In this document: piece by piece, positions 1-12,969 of the stretch | How the letters are laid out: every line of letters starts with the position of its first letter | Position numbering within the stretch: the first letter of the stretch is position 1 | Assembly (NCBI RefSeq): GCF_026210795.1 | Contig: NC_089431.1 | Span: 682,001-746,000 of the forward strand | Source of the DNA: Rhizophagus irregularis | Taxonomy: Eukaryota | Direction: 5' to 3' | DNA: 64,000 nucleotides | Made by a program: the position numbers and the translations under genes | Notes under the pieces: generated by a model | What the model was told of the DNA's origin: nothing | Seen by the model: the letters and a program-made list of their open reading frames with translations, nothing else | Databases searched by the model: none

Positions 1-1131
1 TTTTCCACATTAATAATTCTTTTTGATCATTAATTAAATGACGTTCTGAAGAACATGGAGCATCAACTAAAATTTTATCATAACAATAATTCTCCATAGG
101 AGAATTCTTTACTAATTTAATTTGATACTGATGATATTTAAATGGAATATAAGACTTAATTACTTGTAAAAGCCTATGAAATCTTTTATTATTAATTTCA
201 TTAGCAATTAACATTCCTCTTCCTTCATTTTTATTGTTGATTTGTTCATTATTATTTAAGAGATGTTGTAAAATAGCCAAAGATTTTCCACCAGGAGCAG
301 CACATAAATCCAATACAATATCATTAGGTTGAATATCCAAAGCTTTTGTAACTATTAAAGAAGCCAAATCAATATGATAAACATTTAATAAATTACTATG
401 TTCATCCTTTTTTGGTAAAGAAAATTTTGAATTACTAATATAACATAATATATCTAAATAATCAACTTTTCTTATATTATTATTATTTTTAAAAGAATTT
501 TCAATAAATTCAATTTTACTATTATTTGAAATAAATTTATTTATCATTGTACAATAATTTTTATCCTCATTTTTTAATGAATTTAATAAATTATACCAAC
601 GTTCTTTACCATATTGTTTAATATAAAAATCATCAAATGAATTTTTTATATTAAATAATTTTTTTTGTTGAATTCTTTCTTTCTTATTTTTTTTATTATT
701 AATATCATTTTTTTTATCCTTCTTTTTAGTATCATTATATTTATTATTATTTCCATCATAATTATTATTATCATAATTATTATTATCATAATTATTATTA
801 TTATCATTATTATTATTCTTATCATCATTATTTTTATTATCATTATTATGATTTATATAATTTATATTATTTGTATCATTTGTATCATTATTTGATTCAT
901 TAAAAATGATTTTATTTGAAAATTTTTTGATTGATCTTGAACCTTGAAAAAAAAAAAAATTTTTTTTTTTATTTTATTTTATTTGTTTTTTTTTTATTAA
1001 AAAAATCCTTGCCACGTTCTCTTACCTGAATTCATGATCATCAGATTGTAATAAAATGAAAAGCATTTTTTATTATTAAATAATTGATATTGATTTGGAA
1101 ATTTTAATAATCTACTCGAAAATAACACCAT
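1..1131 (-). CDS. NOL1/NOP2/Sun (NSUN3/NSUN4-like) RNA m5C methyltransferase, 5' part; continues off the left edge
   Basis: Minus-strand translation at about 280-385 gives VYHIDLASLIVTKALDIQPNDIVLDLCAAPGGKSLAIL, the SAM-binding motif of Sun-family enzymes. Exon 1 (1131-1026, MVLFSSRLLKF...) ends at a GTAAG donor and splices in frame at about 942. An Asn/Asp-rich low-complexity tract lies at about 650-900. Confidence 0.85.
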
Positions 1132-1453
1132 TTTTTTTTTTGATTTTAATTTTCTTTGATGAAAATTATAAATTAAAAACAATTCACTGATCATCCATCA
1201 GATCACATGATTTACATATATATATTTTTTAATATAAAAAAAATAAATAAAATAAAAAGGCGAAAAATAAATACAAATATATATATATATAATATGAAAA
1301 AAAAAAATTTCGTTTTCTAGAAAGTGTAACAACAATGTGATCTAACCTGCTAATCTAATTTTTTGATTGTCGCATACGTTATGTATTAATTATTTCTACA
1401 TACATTCATTTATGATAAATAAATACATACATACATATATACATAGACCTACT

Positions 1454-3870
1454 TTATTCCAATATTTCTTTACCATTAAGAATAGTAAAATTTGCACCTT
1501 CAAAATCATTACTAACTTCTTCATATTTACCACCTAAAACCTTTGATAAAAATTTTTCTGTCATAGCATAAAATGATATTCTATTTTGAGGTCTAACAAA
1601 TCCATGACCTTCATCATTAAATAATACGTAACTAACTGGGATCGATTTTGATGTTAATAAAGAAACGATTTGATCCCTAAAAAAAAAAAAGAAAGAAAGA
1701 AAATTTTTAAGATTTTCTTTATTCGATAATCTTTAGAATAAAATTATTCAATTAACTTACGATTCTGCGCGTTTTACTCGCGGATCATTTTGACCTAAAA
1801 AAAAAATAAATAAAATTTATTATTAAATTATTATATATACGTATTCATTTTAATAACAATTAATACCTTGACAAATTAATAATGGTTTGTTAATATTATC
1901 AGCAAAAGTTAATGGGCTACGACTTGTCAAAAATTTAACACCTTCTTCGGTTTCAGGATTTCCACCAATACGTTGTATTAATTCACTAATCCGTGATTTC
2001 CAATATGATGGGACCGAACTATTAAAAGATTCATATTATTTAATAAGAGGGATAAATAAAATTTTATAAACGATTAAGTTTCAAAACTTACTTGAGTAAA
2101 GAAACTAAAAATTTTGTAATATAAAATAAAAATTAATAAACGTAAAAATAATTTTTCTAAAAAAAAAAGCGAAATGATAAGTTACCAAGATTCGAAGGAC
2201 CAACAATATCAACACCAACAGCGAATACATTAGGTGTAAATGTCAATCCTGCTAAAACAGCATAGCCTCCATAACTACCGCCATAAATAGCAATTTTATC
2301 TTTCTCAGCAATCTTTTCATCAATCGCCCAATTAACAGCATCTTTGTAGAAATAGAATAAAATTATATACTGTATGTTATATATCAATAAAAAAATCATT
2401 TTAAGGTTTAACGATAAAACTTACCAATTAAATCATCATGAGCTTTTGCGCCCCATTCACCATTACCAGCACGAAGCAAAGATTTACCCAAACCAGTTGA
2501 ACTTCTAAAATTTACGCTTAAAACAGCATATCCACGATTGGCAAAGAATTGATGATCTGTTCTTAAAGGAACGAAACTATCTCTCGCCCAAGGACCACCA
2601 TGAACATTAAGCACCATAGGTAAAGGATGAGTAGGTTTATAATCACTATAAGGATCATATTTATTTAATGGTAAAGTTAAATAACTAACTAAATCTAATC
2701 CATCTCTAGATTTGATAACAATAGGATTTAATTTAGCCAAACAATAATTTTCCAAATTTGGATTTGAATTAAACAGTAAATTTATACACTTATCATTACT
2801 TCTATCAAATAAATAATACTTTGCAGTTTGAGTATCATTCTCAAAACAAACAATCCAAATAGTATTATCGAGAGTTTGAGATAAAATAGTGAAATCACCA
2901 CCATCTACACTTTTTAAAAATTCTAAATCTGATGAAATTTCAGAAGAAATAGGATTCCATGATGTACGTAAATAATTCACTGAATAAGCTAACGGAACAT
3001 GTGTATTGGGATCAGTTAAAACGTTGTTAATATCTGCTTCCTGATTATCTGGTTCAGCTACTATATGAAGTTTCTTTTCAGGATCATTTAAATTAATTTT
3101 ATATATTGCACTATATTCTCTATCACGTGAATCGATCAAATAAATCAATTCCTCATTATCCTCTTTTACGATTGAGAATATTTCAGAAGAATGTACATCA
3201 TCAATTCCATAAGAGATCATCAATTCCCACTCATTATTAACTTTTCTATAAACATTTTTCCCAGCTTCATCAGTTAATTTACTAGCAAAGCAAACTTCTA
3301 AATCATCATTTAAAAAATAACTATCAAATGATTGAGTATTCTCTTCAATTAAATTAATCTCACCAGTTTTTAAATCACAACGATATAATGAAAAAACTGT
3401 GGGATCAGGTTTATTTATTGAAATAATGACTTCATTAGGATAATTTGGAGAAAATTTAACAGGTTCAGAAGTTGTTCCATCAAATGGAGTTAATGTAACT
3501 TTTTCACCAGTGTTTAAGTCAATCGAATATAATTTAAAATCTAAAAAATTAATAATATTTTTAGTAAAAACCGATGAAATAATAATAATAATGATTTGAT
3601 TAGAATTTTACCTTCGTCACCCTCCTTATCTTGTGGATAAACAATCTGATGATCAAAACTCCACCAAAAATTTCTGATACCCCTAACTTTATCATTGGTA
3701 ATTGCTTTCGCAGATGACAAATCTTTAGGATTATCGGTAAGATATATATTTAAAACATCATCTTTTGGTGCGATATATGCCAAATATTTTCCATCCGGTG
3801 AAATTTTTGGTAAAACATTTGAAGGATTACCAAAAAGGATTTTACGTGGTATAATTGGAATTGGAGGCAT
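1454..3870 (-). CDS. S9 family prolyl oligopeptidase / dipeptidyl aminopeptidase-like peptidase, 7 exons
   Basis: Motifs VHGGPW, GGSYGGY (nucleophile Ser), QGQNDPRV (Asp) and DEGHGF (His), plus an N-terminal propeller start [10 protein letters not shown]. Six GT-AG introns join the pieces, including a 13-nt microexon at 2104-2092. Stop TAA at 1456-1454. Confidence 0.92.
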
Positions 3871-6366
3871 TATTTTTTTTTATTATAAAAAGATGAAGAA
3901 TTTAAAGTATCAAATATTAATAAAGTTAAACAAAATTTAATTAAAAAAATAAAAAGGAGAAGTGAGCGAAGGAGAAATTTTCTTGTGATATCTTACAAAT
4001 CAAATAACTCCAAAAACTCCGATAATAGAAGTTTTCCAATATTTTGAATAGGTAATTATATCCTATTTTTGGTATTTTAATGAGGGATTATAGAGATAGA
4101 TTTATTTTTTTCTTATTTAAAGTTAACAAATTAGGTAAAAAAAAACAAAAAAAAAAAATTTGTATCTGTATAGATTTTTGTATCACGTTAATTGGGTTAA
4201 GTCAAACTTGATAAGCAAGATGATGATTTTAAACTTTTAAATCAATTTCGTGTAACGTTGTAAAATTGCGTTTTTAAATCATTATTCAACCAATTAACAG
4301 ATGGATACTTATTACTTAACATGTATAAATAACGATAAAAAAAATATAAATAATAACAATACAAAGATGTTAATATACACATCTTTTACAATTAAATTGG
4401 CAATGAACGATAGTGAGATCTCCAATGCGAATAGGGCAATGATAACATAAGTGAGTGAATGACCGTGACCGGAAGTAACAGACCTTTTTTTGGTAATTAT
4501 TTGACATATTTGCAATATCTTTCCTTTCTTCTTTCTTTATACTCATAATTTTGGATTTATGTACCAAAAAATGAAACAAAAATATGACAGTAACAAGTTG
4601 GAGTACTGAAACATTTAACAGTTAATTAAAAAAGATATTTAAATATATTTTAACTAAAAACATTATATTTTAGGATGAATATAATACAATACTTTAATCT
4701 CAAGTTCTTGTTTGTTTGTTACTTTGTTCCCTGCAGAATTTCTTCTAGGTAAAATTTAAGGTGGCATAACATAGTAAATGGTGGTAATGGGGTTGAACGA
4801 GACAAATAAGGAAATGGATGAAGAAATCCACGTTGTTTTTAATTGGTTCAAATTTAGTTAGCATATTTGGTAAAATAATTTTTTTCTTTAATTAATGTTT
4901 TTAAAATCTAAACCCTAAAAAGAAAAAAGGAATATTATTAGTTTTAAATTTTGGTAAGCGATAATCAAACTGCTAACATATGGACATTTATTTACTATAA
5001 TGAAAAAATATATGATTGGATCGGGTTTCTGACAACCGCATTATGCAAGATGTTTCAGAGTTGTAAATAAACAATAGTAAAAGATGGTAATCGCCGTTAT
5101 ACTGAAACACTTGAGTAAAAAAAGTATGTTATACGAGAAAATATGTACGATTAATTTTTTCTTTTATTGAACTTTAACCGAAAACAAAAAACCGATAATT
5201 AATTGTTACGTCGGCTACGTAACGGCCTTGATTTTTATTTTTAATAAAATTAATAAATATTTATTATTTTATACGTCACATCAACACGAAGAGGCTTATG
5301 ATTGACTCGATGGCTTTTATAGAGCCAAGCCGTTTGTTTAAAGAACACTACGCCATATTTATTTTTAAAAGTTAGTAGGATAATCCGCACAATGTTCCTT
5401 TTCTTACATGATTCAAATATAAAATATGATCGTCATTTACACAAAATCAAGTACCATTTCCATGCTTATCCGAATTTTTTTTTGTTTACTATTACAGTAA
5501 AATGTTATATATATATAATCTCTGGCTCCTCAGCCCTATTATATAACCCCTTATTTTTCAGTACGATTTATTTTTTTAATTGTTATAAATTGTACAAAAT
5601 ACAATTGTGTAAAGAAAAAAAAATTATATTTTATTTCTTCAACCCCTATTTCTTTTTTTTAAATTATTAACCCGAGTTTTTTTGAGCATAAAAAAGGTAA
5701 AAAAGAACAAAAAAAAAATTTTTTCAATTTAAAAAAAAAAAGAATTTTTTTTCCGATTTTTTATAAAGCTTTTCCCGCCTTTTTTTTCCTTTCCCTTTTC
5801 TTTCTTTTGTATTTTTATATCGTTTATAGAAGAAATCGAAGGCTCCGGTAGCCTTTAAATTTAATTAATAAAATATTTTTTTTATTTTTTAGTTATTTTT
5901 TTTTCTTTTGGATTATTCTTTTATGTTTTTCCGATTAAGAAAAGGGAAATTTATTAGGTTCATCCTTTGATAGAAAATCGAAAGATAACACAAGAGCACA
6001 AACAAAAAGGAAAAATTTTTAGGGGGGAAATTATCAATTAAATTAAAATTTTTAATTGATTTATTTTTGTTCTACGACCTTTCGTAACAAAGAACAACAA
6101 ACTTTATTTCCTTTTTTTTTTGTGTAAAACCGAAAGAAAAAATTATATTTTTTTCTTTCTTCAACTTTTTACTCTCATTCTCCCGCTCACGTATTAATCG
6201 CCAAATATATTCTTCCTTTATTTTTTTAACGATTAAATGTAAATAAAATTGATTTCATTTTTTTTTTCTTAGTAATTATACTCGTAAAAAAAGGATATTT
6301 GTAACTTTTATTAATGAAATATTCATAATTATATCAGTTTTAGAAATATTTAAATAATAATAAAAT

Positions 6367-8670
6367 ATGGCTTCAAATGAAACAGCCAGTGCCAATGGAA
6401 TATCATTGAATCAAAATGATCCTGTATTTAAATCTGTTGGTTTAATTCTGGCGATAACCAGCGGTAAGTTCAATTATACCTTTTTTTATATTTATAATTA
6501 CATGCTATTAAAGCATTATACACTAATTCAGAATTCTTTAAAAAAAAAAGAGCGCAAATATATCAAATATATCATCTAATTATTTTTATGAAATTATAAA
6601 TTTTTTTTTATTTTTTTTTATAAAAAAAAAATAGGTGTATTCATTGGATCATCTTTTGTATTTAAGAAAAAAGGTCTTCTTCAGTCTCAAAAACAAGGTT
6701 AGTAATTAGTGATTTTAGTAATTTTTATCTTGAATGTTATCTTTTTTTTATATTAAATTTCCTTTTTTGGAATTAGCCGGATCTGAGGCGGGTCAAGGTC
6801 ATAGTTATCTTTCAAATGGGTTATGGTGGTCAGGAATGATACTGAGTAAGGTTTTTTTAACTTTATAAATAATTCATTTTACTTGCAAGAAGAAATTTAT
6901 CTAAAGATTTCAAATTTTTTTTTTTTTTTTACAGTGATTATCGGCGAAATATGCAACTTTGTAGCATACGCTTTTACACAAGCTATCCTAGTTACTCCTT
7001 TAGGTGCGCTCAGTGTGGTCATTAGGTAATTATTGAGATCTTACTGTTTTTTATTTACAAAATTTAATTAAATTTTATTATTTTTTACATTATATAGTGC
7101 CATCTTATCATCAATATTTTTAAAAGAGAGATTAAATAATCTGGGTAAAATAGGCTGCGCACAATGTATTATTGGAGCGACTGTAATTGTTTTACACGCT
7201 CCTAATCAACATATTGCGTCAGATATTGAAGAATTTAAAAAAATGTTCTTCGCTCCTGGTATTTATAAAAAATATTTTTTACTTCACTTTTGTAATCAAA
7301 TTTTTTTTTTACTAAATCATATTTATTTTTCTTAAAAAAAAATAGTTTTCTTGACGTACGCAATTGTTTCAATATTGGGATCATTATTAATAATTTGGAA
7401 AGTAGCACCAAAATATGGAACAAAATATATGCAAGTATATATTGGAATATGTTCATTAATTGGGTCATTATCGGTTGTAACAACTCAAGGTCTTGGTACC
7501 GCTATTGTAAAAACAATTCAGGGGGATAATCAATTTACACATTGGTTTCTTTACGTACTCATAGCGTTTGTAGTAATAACATTATTGACAGAAGTTAATT
7601 ATTTAAATAAGGCTTTAAATTTATTTAATACGGCAATGGTAACACCCGTATATTATGTTACATTCACAAGTTTAACAATAATAAGTTCAGCAATATTATC
7701 ACAAGGTTTTGAAGCTCCACCAAAAAGTGTTGTTACAGTTGTGATGGGATTTCTCGTAATTTGTAGTGGTATAATTTTATTACAATATTCAAAAGTATCA
7801 GGAATAGATACTTCTGGAACATTGGTTACTTCAACAACTGAAACGATTGGTAGGGATAATAGATTAAGCGGAAGTGAATATGAACCTGATATATCAGCAA
7901 TTAGAGCTAGTTTTGGTAGTATTCGTAGATATTCTATGAATACGGGTAAAACTTATCCGACATTACCACACACAATGCCCCCTTCTAATAAAGAATCTGG
8001 TAATTATTTACATAGGAGGAGTCAAAGTCTTAATTATGGTATGTTTAGGAAAGATAGTATACGTAGTGATGGTGGATTACCTACAATTAATGAATCTGAT
8101 AGAAGTATTGATCGTAAAGCTACAACAAAATCTTTAACAAATCCTCATATTGAACCGATTGAACCTATTGATATAAAAGTTCAACAGAGACCTTCTGTTA
8201 AATTTTCTTCTCCACAAACATCTTCCTCATCATCATCATCTACAATAACTTCAATAGACGACAATCTAAAGAATATTAATGATACACAAAGAAAGACTCC
8301 GATCATCCATACTACTTCTTCATCAATTTCTTCTACAACTATTACTGCCTCCCCTAAGGAATCTCAACTGGAGGAATATTTTAATTATAAACCATTAAAC
8401 ATAAATCCACCATCACCACTTCAACATCCAATTGCTTATATAAAACAACACTTATCCCCAACTGCTTCAATTTTTTCGGAAAATGGTACTATCAATAGTG
8501 AAATTTATAGTGGTAATCCTAATTTAAAAAGAGATAGTAGTAGCAGTTCAAACAGAAGATCTCAAAATTCCATGGGCATTGTTGATAAATTGAAATTGGG
8601 TAGAAGTGCTAGTAGTGGAAGTGATGTTGATCATGATGATGATGAAGTTTTGGTGAAAACTATAGAATAA
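6367..8670 (+). CDS. NIPA-family magnesium transporter with a long Ser-rich C-terminal tail, 6 exons
   Basis: Spliced motifs GLILAITSGVFIGSSFVFKKKGL, LWWSGMIL..IGEICNFVAYAF.QAILVTPLGALSVVISAILSS.FLKE and NYLNKALNLFNTAMVTPVYYVTFT. Canonical GT-AG introns. Confidence 0.93.
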
Positions 8671-9883
8671 AAGTATAAGACTAATTTAATGTACAACTAA
8701 TGTACATTATTACATGGATAGTAAATAATAAAATTTTAGTCACTATTTAATGTAATATAATAAATATGGGATGGTTTCTTTTGATTTAGTATTACCTTTT
8801 TTTTAAAAGTTTATTTATTATTATTTATGAAAAATTTTTTTTCCGAAAAAAAAAAACTTTTTTTAAACCTTTGTAAATATAACAAAAAAATGAGAAAAGT
8901 GATGGAAAAAAGAGAATTTTTCATACATCTGAAGAAAAAATATATATATTAATTTAATATTAATTAATAATAAATAAATATAAAATTTTCTTTTTTTTGT
9001 GTATTTTTTTTTTGTATTTTTTAAAAAAAATAAAAACTATAATATATTAGTAAATAAATATAAATAATAAATAAAAACTCCTATTTTACAAATTATTATT
9101 GAGTCTTGTTCGTTAATTATTATTTTTGAGCGAGGGGGCTTTCATCATCTCATCACAATGATCTAATACAATTGATCTAATAACTTTAATAATTTCAAAA
9201 AATTTATTATTATACCTTAATCGGTTTCGCCTATCATGTTCAACGACGTACGTGTCTAACAAGGAAATTTCTTTGTGTTTTAAATATAGATTTTTTCTTT
9301 TCAGTTTTCGTTATTGAAGTTCTAAATAATGCATGATGATGTGTGATGTCGATCTTTTTTAAGAATTTTGATCAATTCTTTAATATTTGTGGCTGTGACC
9401 CATCGAAGCAGCTTTATTTATGAACCCGGGTTAGCTTCCCCCGAAATTTCAACCTCGGCTCAAAAGTTCTATCCACTTAATTCCATGATAATGTTAATAC
9501 TTAAACAACATGTTCTTAGCCTATGCTGTAATACTACAGAATTTAAAGAAGCACGACATAAAAATCGTAATTAAACATATGTTCGAAATAAAGTGAATGA
9601 AATAATGTCAATATTATAAAAATATTTCATATTTGTAACATCACAGAACTAAAAAAAGCACGACATAAAAAAAATCAACAATCAAAAACATACTCTCAAA
9701 TGAAACCATATCCATTTAATCCTAAATTAGAATTGTACCATGCATGGTTTTTTTTGTGGCACGCAATAATTTTTGCCTCATTACGTATAACATACTGTAT
9801 ATATAGAGATGGTAGTAGGAAAGAATACCGCCCAAATATCATATCATACATTTTATTCTCTCAAACTAATTGATTGATTATAC

Positions 9884-10751
9884 ATGGCCGAAAAATTGGA
9901 TAAGAAGGCAGCTATCAAAACTGCCGGAAAATTGGATAAGAAATCAGTTAACAAAACTTCCGGAAAATCGGATAATAAAGGATCTAATAACAAAATTACG
10001 AAGGGAGTTATCACTACTGATAAATTAGATAAAGCTGAAATTAAAAGGGTAATTATTTATTAAAATAACTTTATTTTTAAAAAATGTTATTCAAGGATAT
10101 TGACTTTTTCATTTTCATAGATTTTTGATGTCTTTGATTATAATGGTAACGGTATCTTGTCCCTTGCTGAAATCGATAAAGCTGTTATCGAAATTTATCC
10201 ACATCTTGCAGAAGATAAACCTGCCATAATGCGAGCCTATAAAGCTGCCGATACTTCACAGGTTTCGTCTAGTAGATCTCTTATAGTTCCTTATATTATT
10301 TATATTGAAATCTTAACATTCCTCCTAATACGCAAAAAATTTGATAGGATGGTTTTATTGACTTCAAAGAATTCGGACGCCTCATCGATCTTCTTCATTA
10401 TTACAACAATCTATTTCAAATATTTAAGAAACTTGATATAGACAATGATAGACGTATTAATTTTAATGAATTTAAGAAGGGATATGAACTTATGGGAATA
10501 AATGTAAATTCACCTAAAGAACTTAAATCAAAATTTGATGAGATTGATACAAACCGTGGAGGTTATATTCTTTTTGATGAGGTAAAATGAAATTTCTATT
10601 ATTCTTAAGTTAATAAGGTTTTCAAGAGATAATTGAAACTAATTCTTTAATGTAATAATTATAGTTTTGTACTCATGCTGCAAAGGTAAAATTGATATCC
10701 GAAATACCTCAAGATGCAAAGGAAGCTCAAGAAACTCTAGAAAATAATTAG
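9884..10751 (+). CDS. EF-hand calcium-binding protein (flagellar calcium-binding protein/calflagin-like), 4 exons
   Basis: EF loops DYNGNGILSLAE, DTSQDGFIDFKE, DIDNDRRINFNE and DTNRGGYILFDE, joined by GT-AG introns. ATG at 9884, TAG at 10749-10751. Confidence 0.85.
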
Positions 10752-11126
10752 ACAATAAGAATTTAGTTATACTGTAACATTTGAATAAATTATCGTTATA
10801 CCCTTTTTTTTACCTTTTATAATTCAAAATAGTCACGTGATTTACGGGACAAGATTTACTGGGTCTAATCGAAGTTTTTTAGTTTTACACTTTTACTAAT
10901 TTAGTTATCTGTTATATAATTTTAATAAAAAACTTACCCATTTCATTATATTTCAACAAATTCGTATTACAAATATCACGTGATTTTTTTTTGATTTGTT
11001 GTCTCTGCCGATTACTAATTTTTGTGCGCGTCACTCGCGTTTCAGGAGTACGATTGGAATTTTTGTTTTTAATGTTTAATTCATCTTTCTCTATACAGTA
11101 GTTTAAGACTTTAAGCCACATTTACC

Positions 11127-12677
11127 ATGGCGACATCCATTCCTTACGAACCCAAAACAGTTGCTCTGTTAGTCATTGATAGCACGTCTGAAATGTGTGT
11201 CAGGTTGACGGCGCAGTGTGGCGCAGTAATTTCAAAAAAAATAAGTTAAAGATTTTCTTTTTAATGTAATAATTTCAAATTTACACATTAGATGTATTTT
11301 CATCTGTTTTACAAAATTCACTTATAAATGGAAGGAGGTTTTGGAAGTAGATTTTGACTTTAGTATATAACAACTGATTTTATCGTCTTTGCCGATCATT
11401 TCCAAAATTGGATTTGTCGAAAAAACAGTTTTTGTTAAATAACTCGAAAATGGCCTTCTAAACCACCCGTATATTCTTTAAGTAAATTTGCAGAGCGGAC
11501 GAAAATACATCTAGTGTAGTAATTTAAAGGTTTTATTTTAAATAAAAAAAATTGCAATTTAATTTTTTTGGAAAAAATCGCTGCGCCACACTGCGCCGTC
11601 AACCTGACACACATTTCAGACGTGCTCATTGATATGCAAGTGAGTAATAGTAAATATTCTAAATTCTTTATTTAAAAAATTATTCAAATAACCTTTTAAA
11701 TCTTTTTCTTGATAGGAATCACTTCGTAAAGAGGTTATCGATATTATTCCAAACGTAAAATCGATTGTTAAAACTTGTCACGAAAAAGACATTCCCGTTT
11801 TTTGGACCCAACACGGTCACAGAAATCTCAAGTTTGATGGAGGTGCTGTGGGACGATGGGTATGTGACTTATCGTTTCTTCGTTTTAATTAATTACTTGG
11901 AATAACAATTCATCTTTTAAGTGGGGAGATGGTAGTATCAAATGGGGCTCTGACGAATGGAAAATTTTGAGAGAATTACAACCTATCATTTCGGTTAGTG
12001 CTTAATTTTTTTAAAAATTACAATATCCTATCTTCAAATAGGTAACCTCCTGGTAAAATTTTAATAATTGACATTAATTCTTTTATTAGCGGTCTTCAAC
12101 CTCAATTGATGTTCTTGACTTCGTTATCAAAAACAAGACACGCTATGATGCTTTTTATCGTACCGAACTTGGTTCCATACTCACTTCTCTTGGTATTGAA
12201 ACACTCATCATTTCTGGTGCAGAAACAAATTTGTGTTGTGAAGCAACTGCCAGAAGTGAGTATATTGTAATGAAATTGTATAAGGAGATTAACTCATTAT
12301 GTGCAAATTAATATCGAGCTTAGGATGATCATGAGTATTGTTATATATCATTCAAGAAATTCAGTTAGCTATGTATATAATTATCAAAGCGAAAGACGAA
12401 AATTTATTTGATCATATCATTCATATCAATATTCTACAAATTTTTATAGGTGGCTTTGATCAGGATTATAACATTGTTTTCCTTAAAGATGCAACTGTCA
12501 CAGAGAATGAAGAGATGCACAAGGTAGAACTTAAAATTATCATTCTTTACTAAGTTCAATGGATTATTAATAAATTTCTTACTAAAAAAGGCAACCTTGC
12601 TGAACTTGGAATATGGAGTGGCTAAAATCGCTACTGTTACCGAGGTTATTGAATGGCTTGACAAACGTGTTAATTAA
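11127..12677 (+). pseudogene. Isochorismatase-like cysteine hydrolase, multi-exon, with exon 1 interrupted by a MITE
   Basis: Removing 11182-11634 restores ALLVIDMQ (catalytic Asp motif). Downstream exons give FWTQHGH, KTRYDAFYRTEL and IISGAETNLCCEATAR (catalytic Cys). Stop TAA at 12675-12677. Confidence 0.85.
11182..11625. mobile_element. 444-bp MITE, probably Mutator/MULE-type (9-bp TSD)
   Basis: A perfect TIR of about 45 bp (GCACGTCTGAAATGTGTGTCAGGTTGACGGCGCAGTGTGGCGCAG) continues imperfectly inward. Direct repeat TCATTGATA at 11173-11181 and 11626-11634. Confidence 0.93.
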
Positions 12678-12969
12678 AAAATCCTGGATTGAAATCAATT
12701 TATTACGGGAAATTCAAACATTTATCGAATTAAACTATAGAGCTTGATTCGACATATAGTGAGTTGTATTTATATTAATTATACGTATACACATATATTT
12801 TTGTATACTAGGAAAGAATTTATTTATGACTATGTTAAGTTTACTATCATAAACAAATAAACACAATCAGAAATTCAGCAAAATTAATATATTAATGTTA
12901 TACATAACTTACAGGTTACATGTTCATTCCTCCGAGACTTTGTAAACTTAACAATTTGTAACACATGAT

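Noticed and set aside
646..895. Ile/Met-rich ORFs resembling membrane peptides
   Set aside because: These are alternative frames of the AAT/GAT tract that encodes the Asn/Asp-rich insert of the methyltransferase.
4300..5300. Short ORFs or a possible degraded gene between the peptidase and NIPA genes
   Set aside because: Frequent stops and no recognisable domain.
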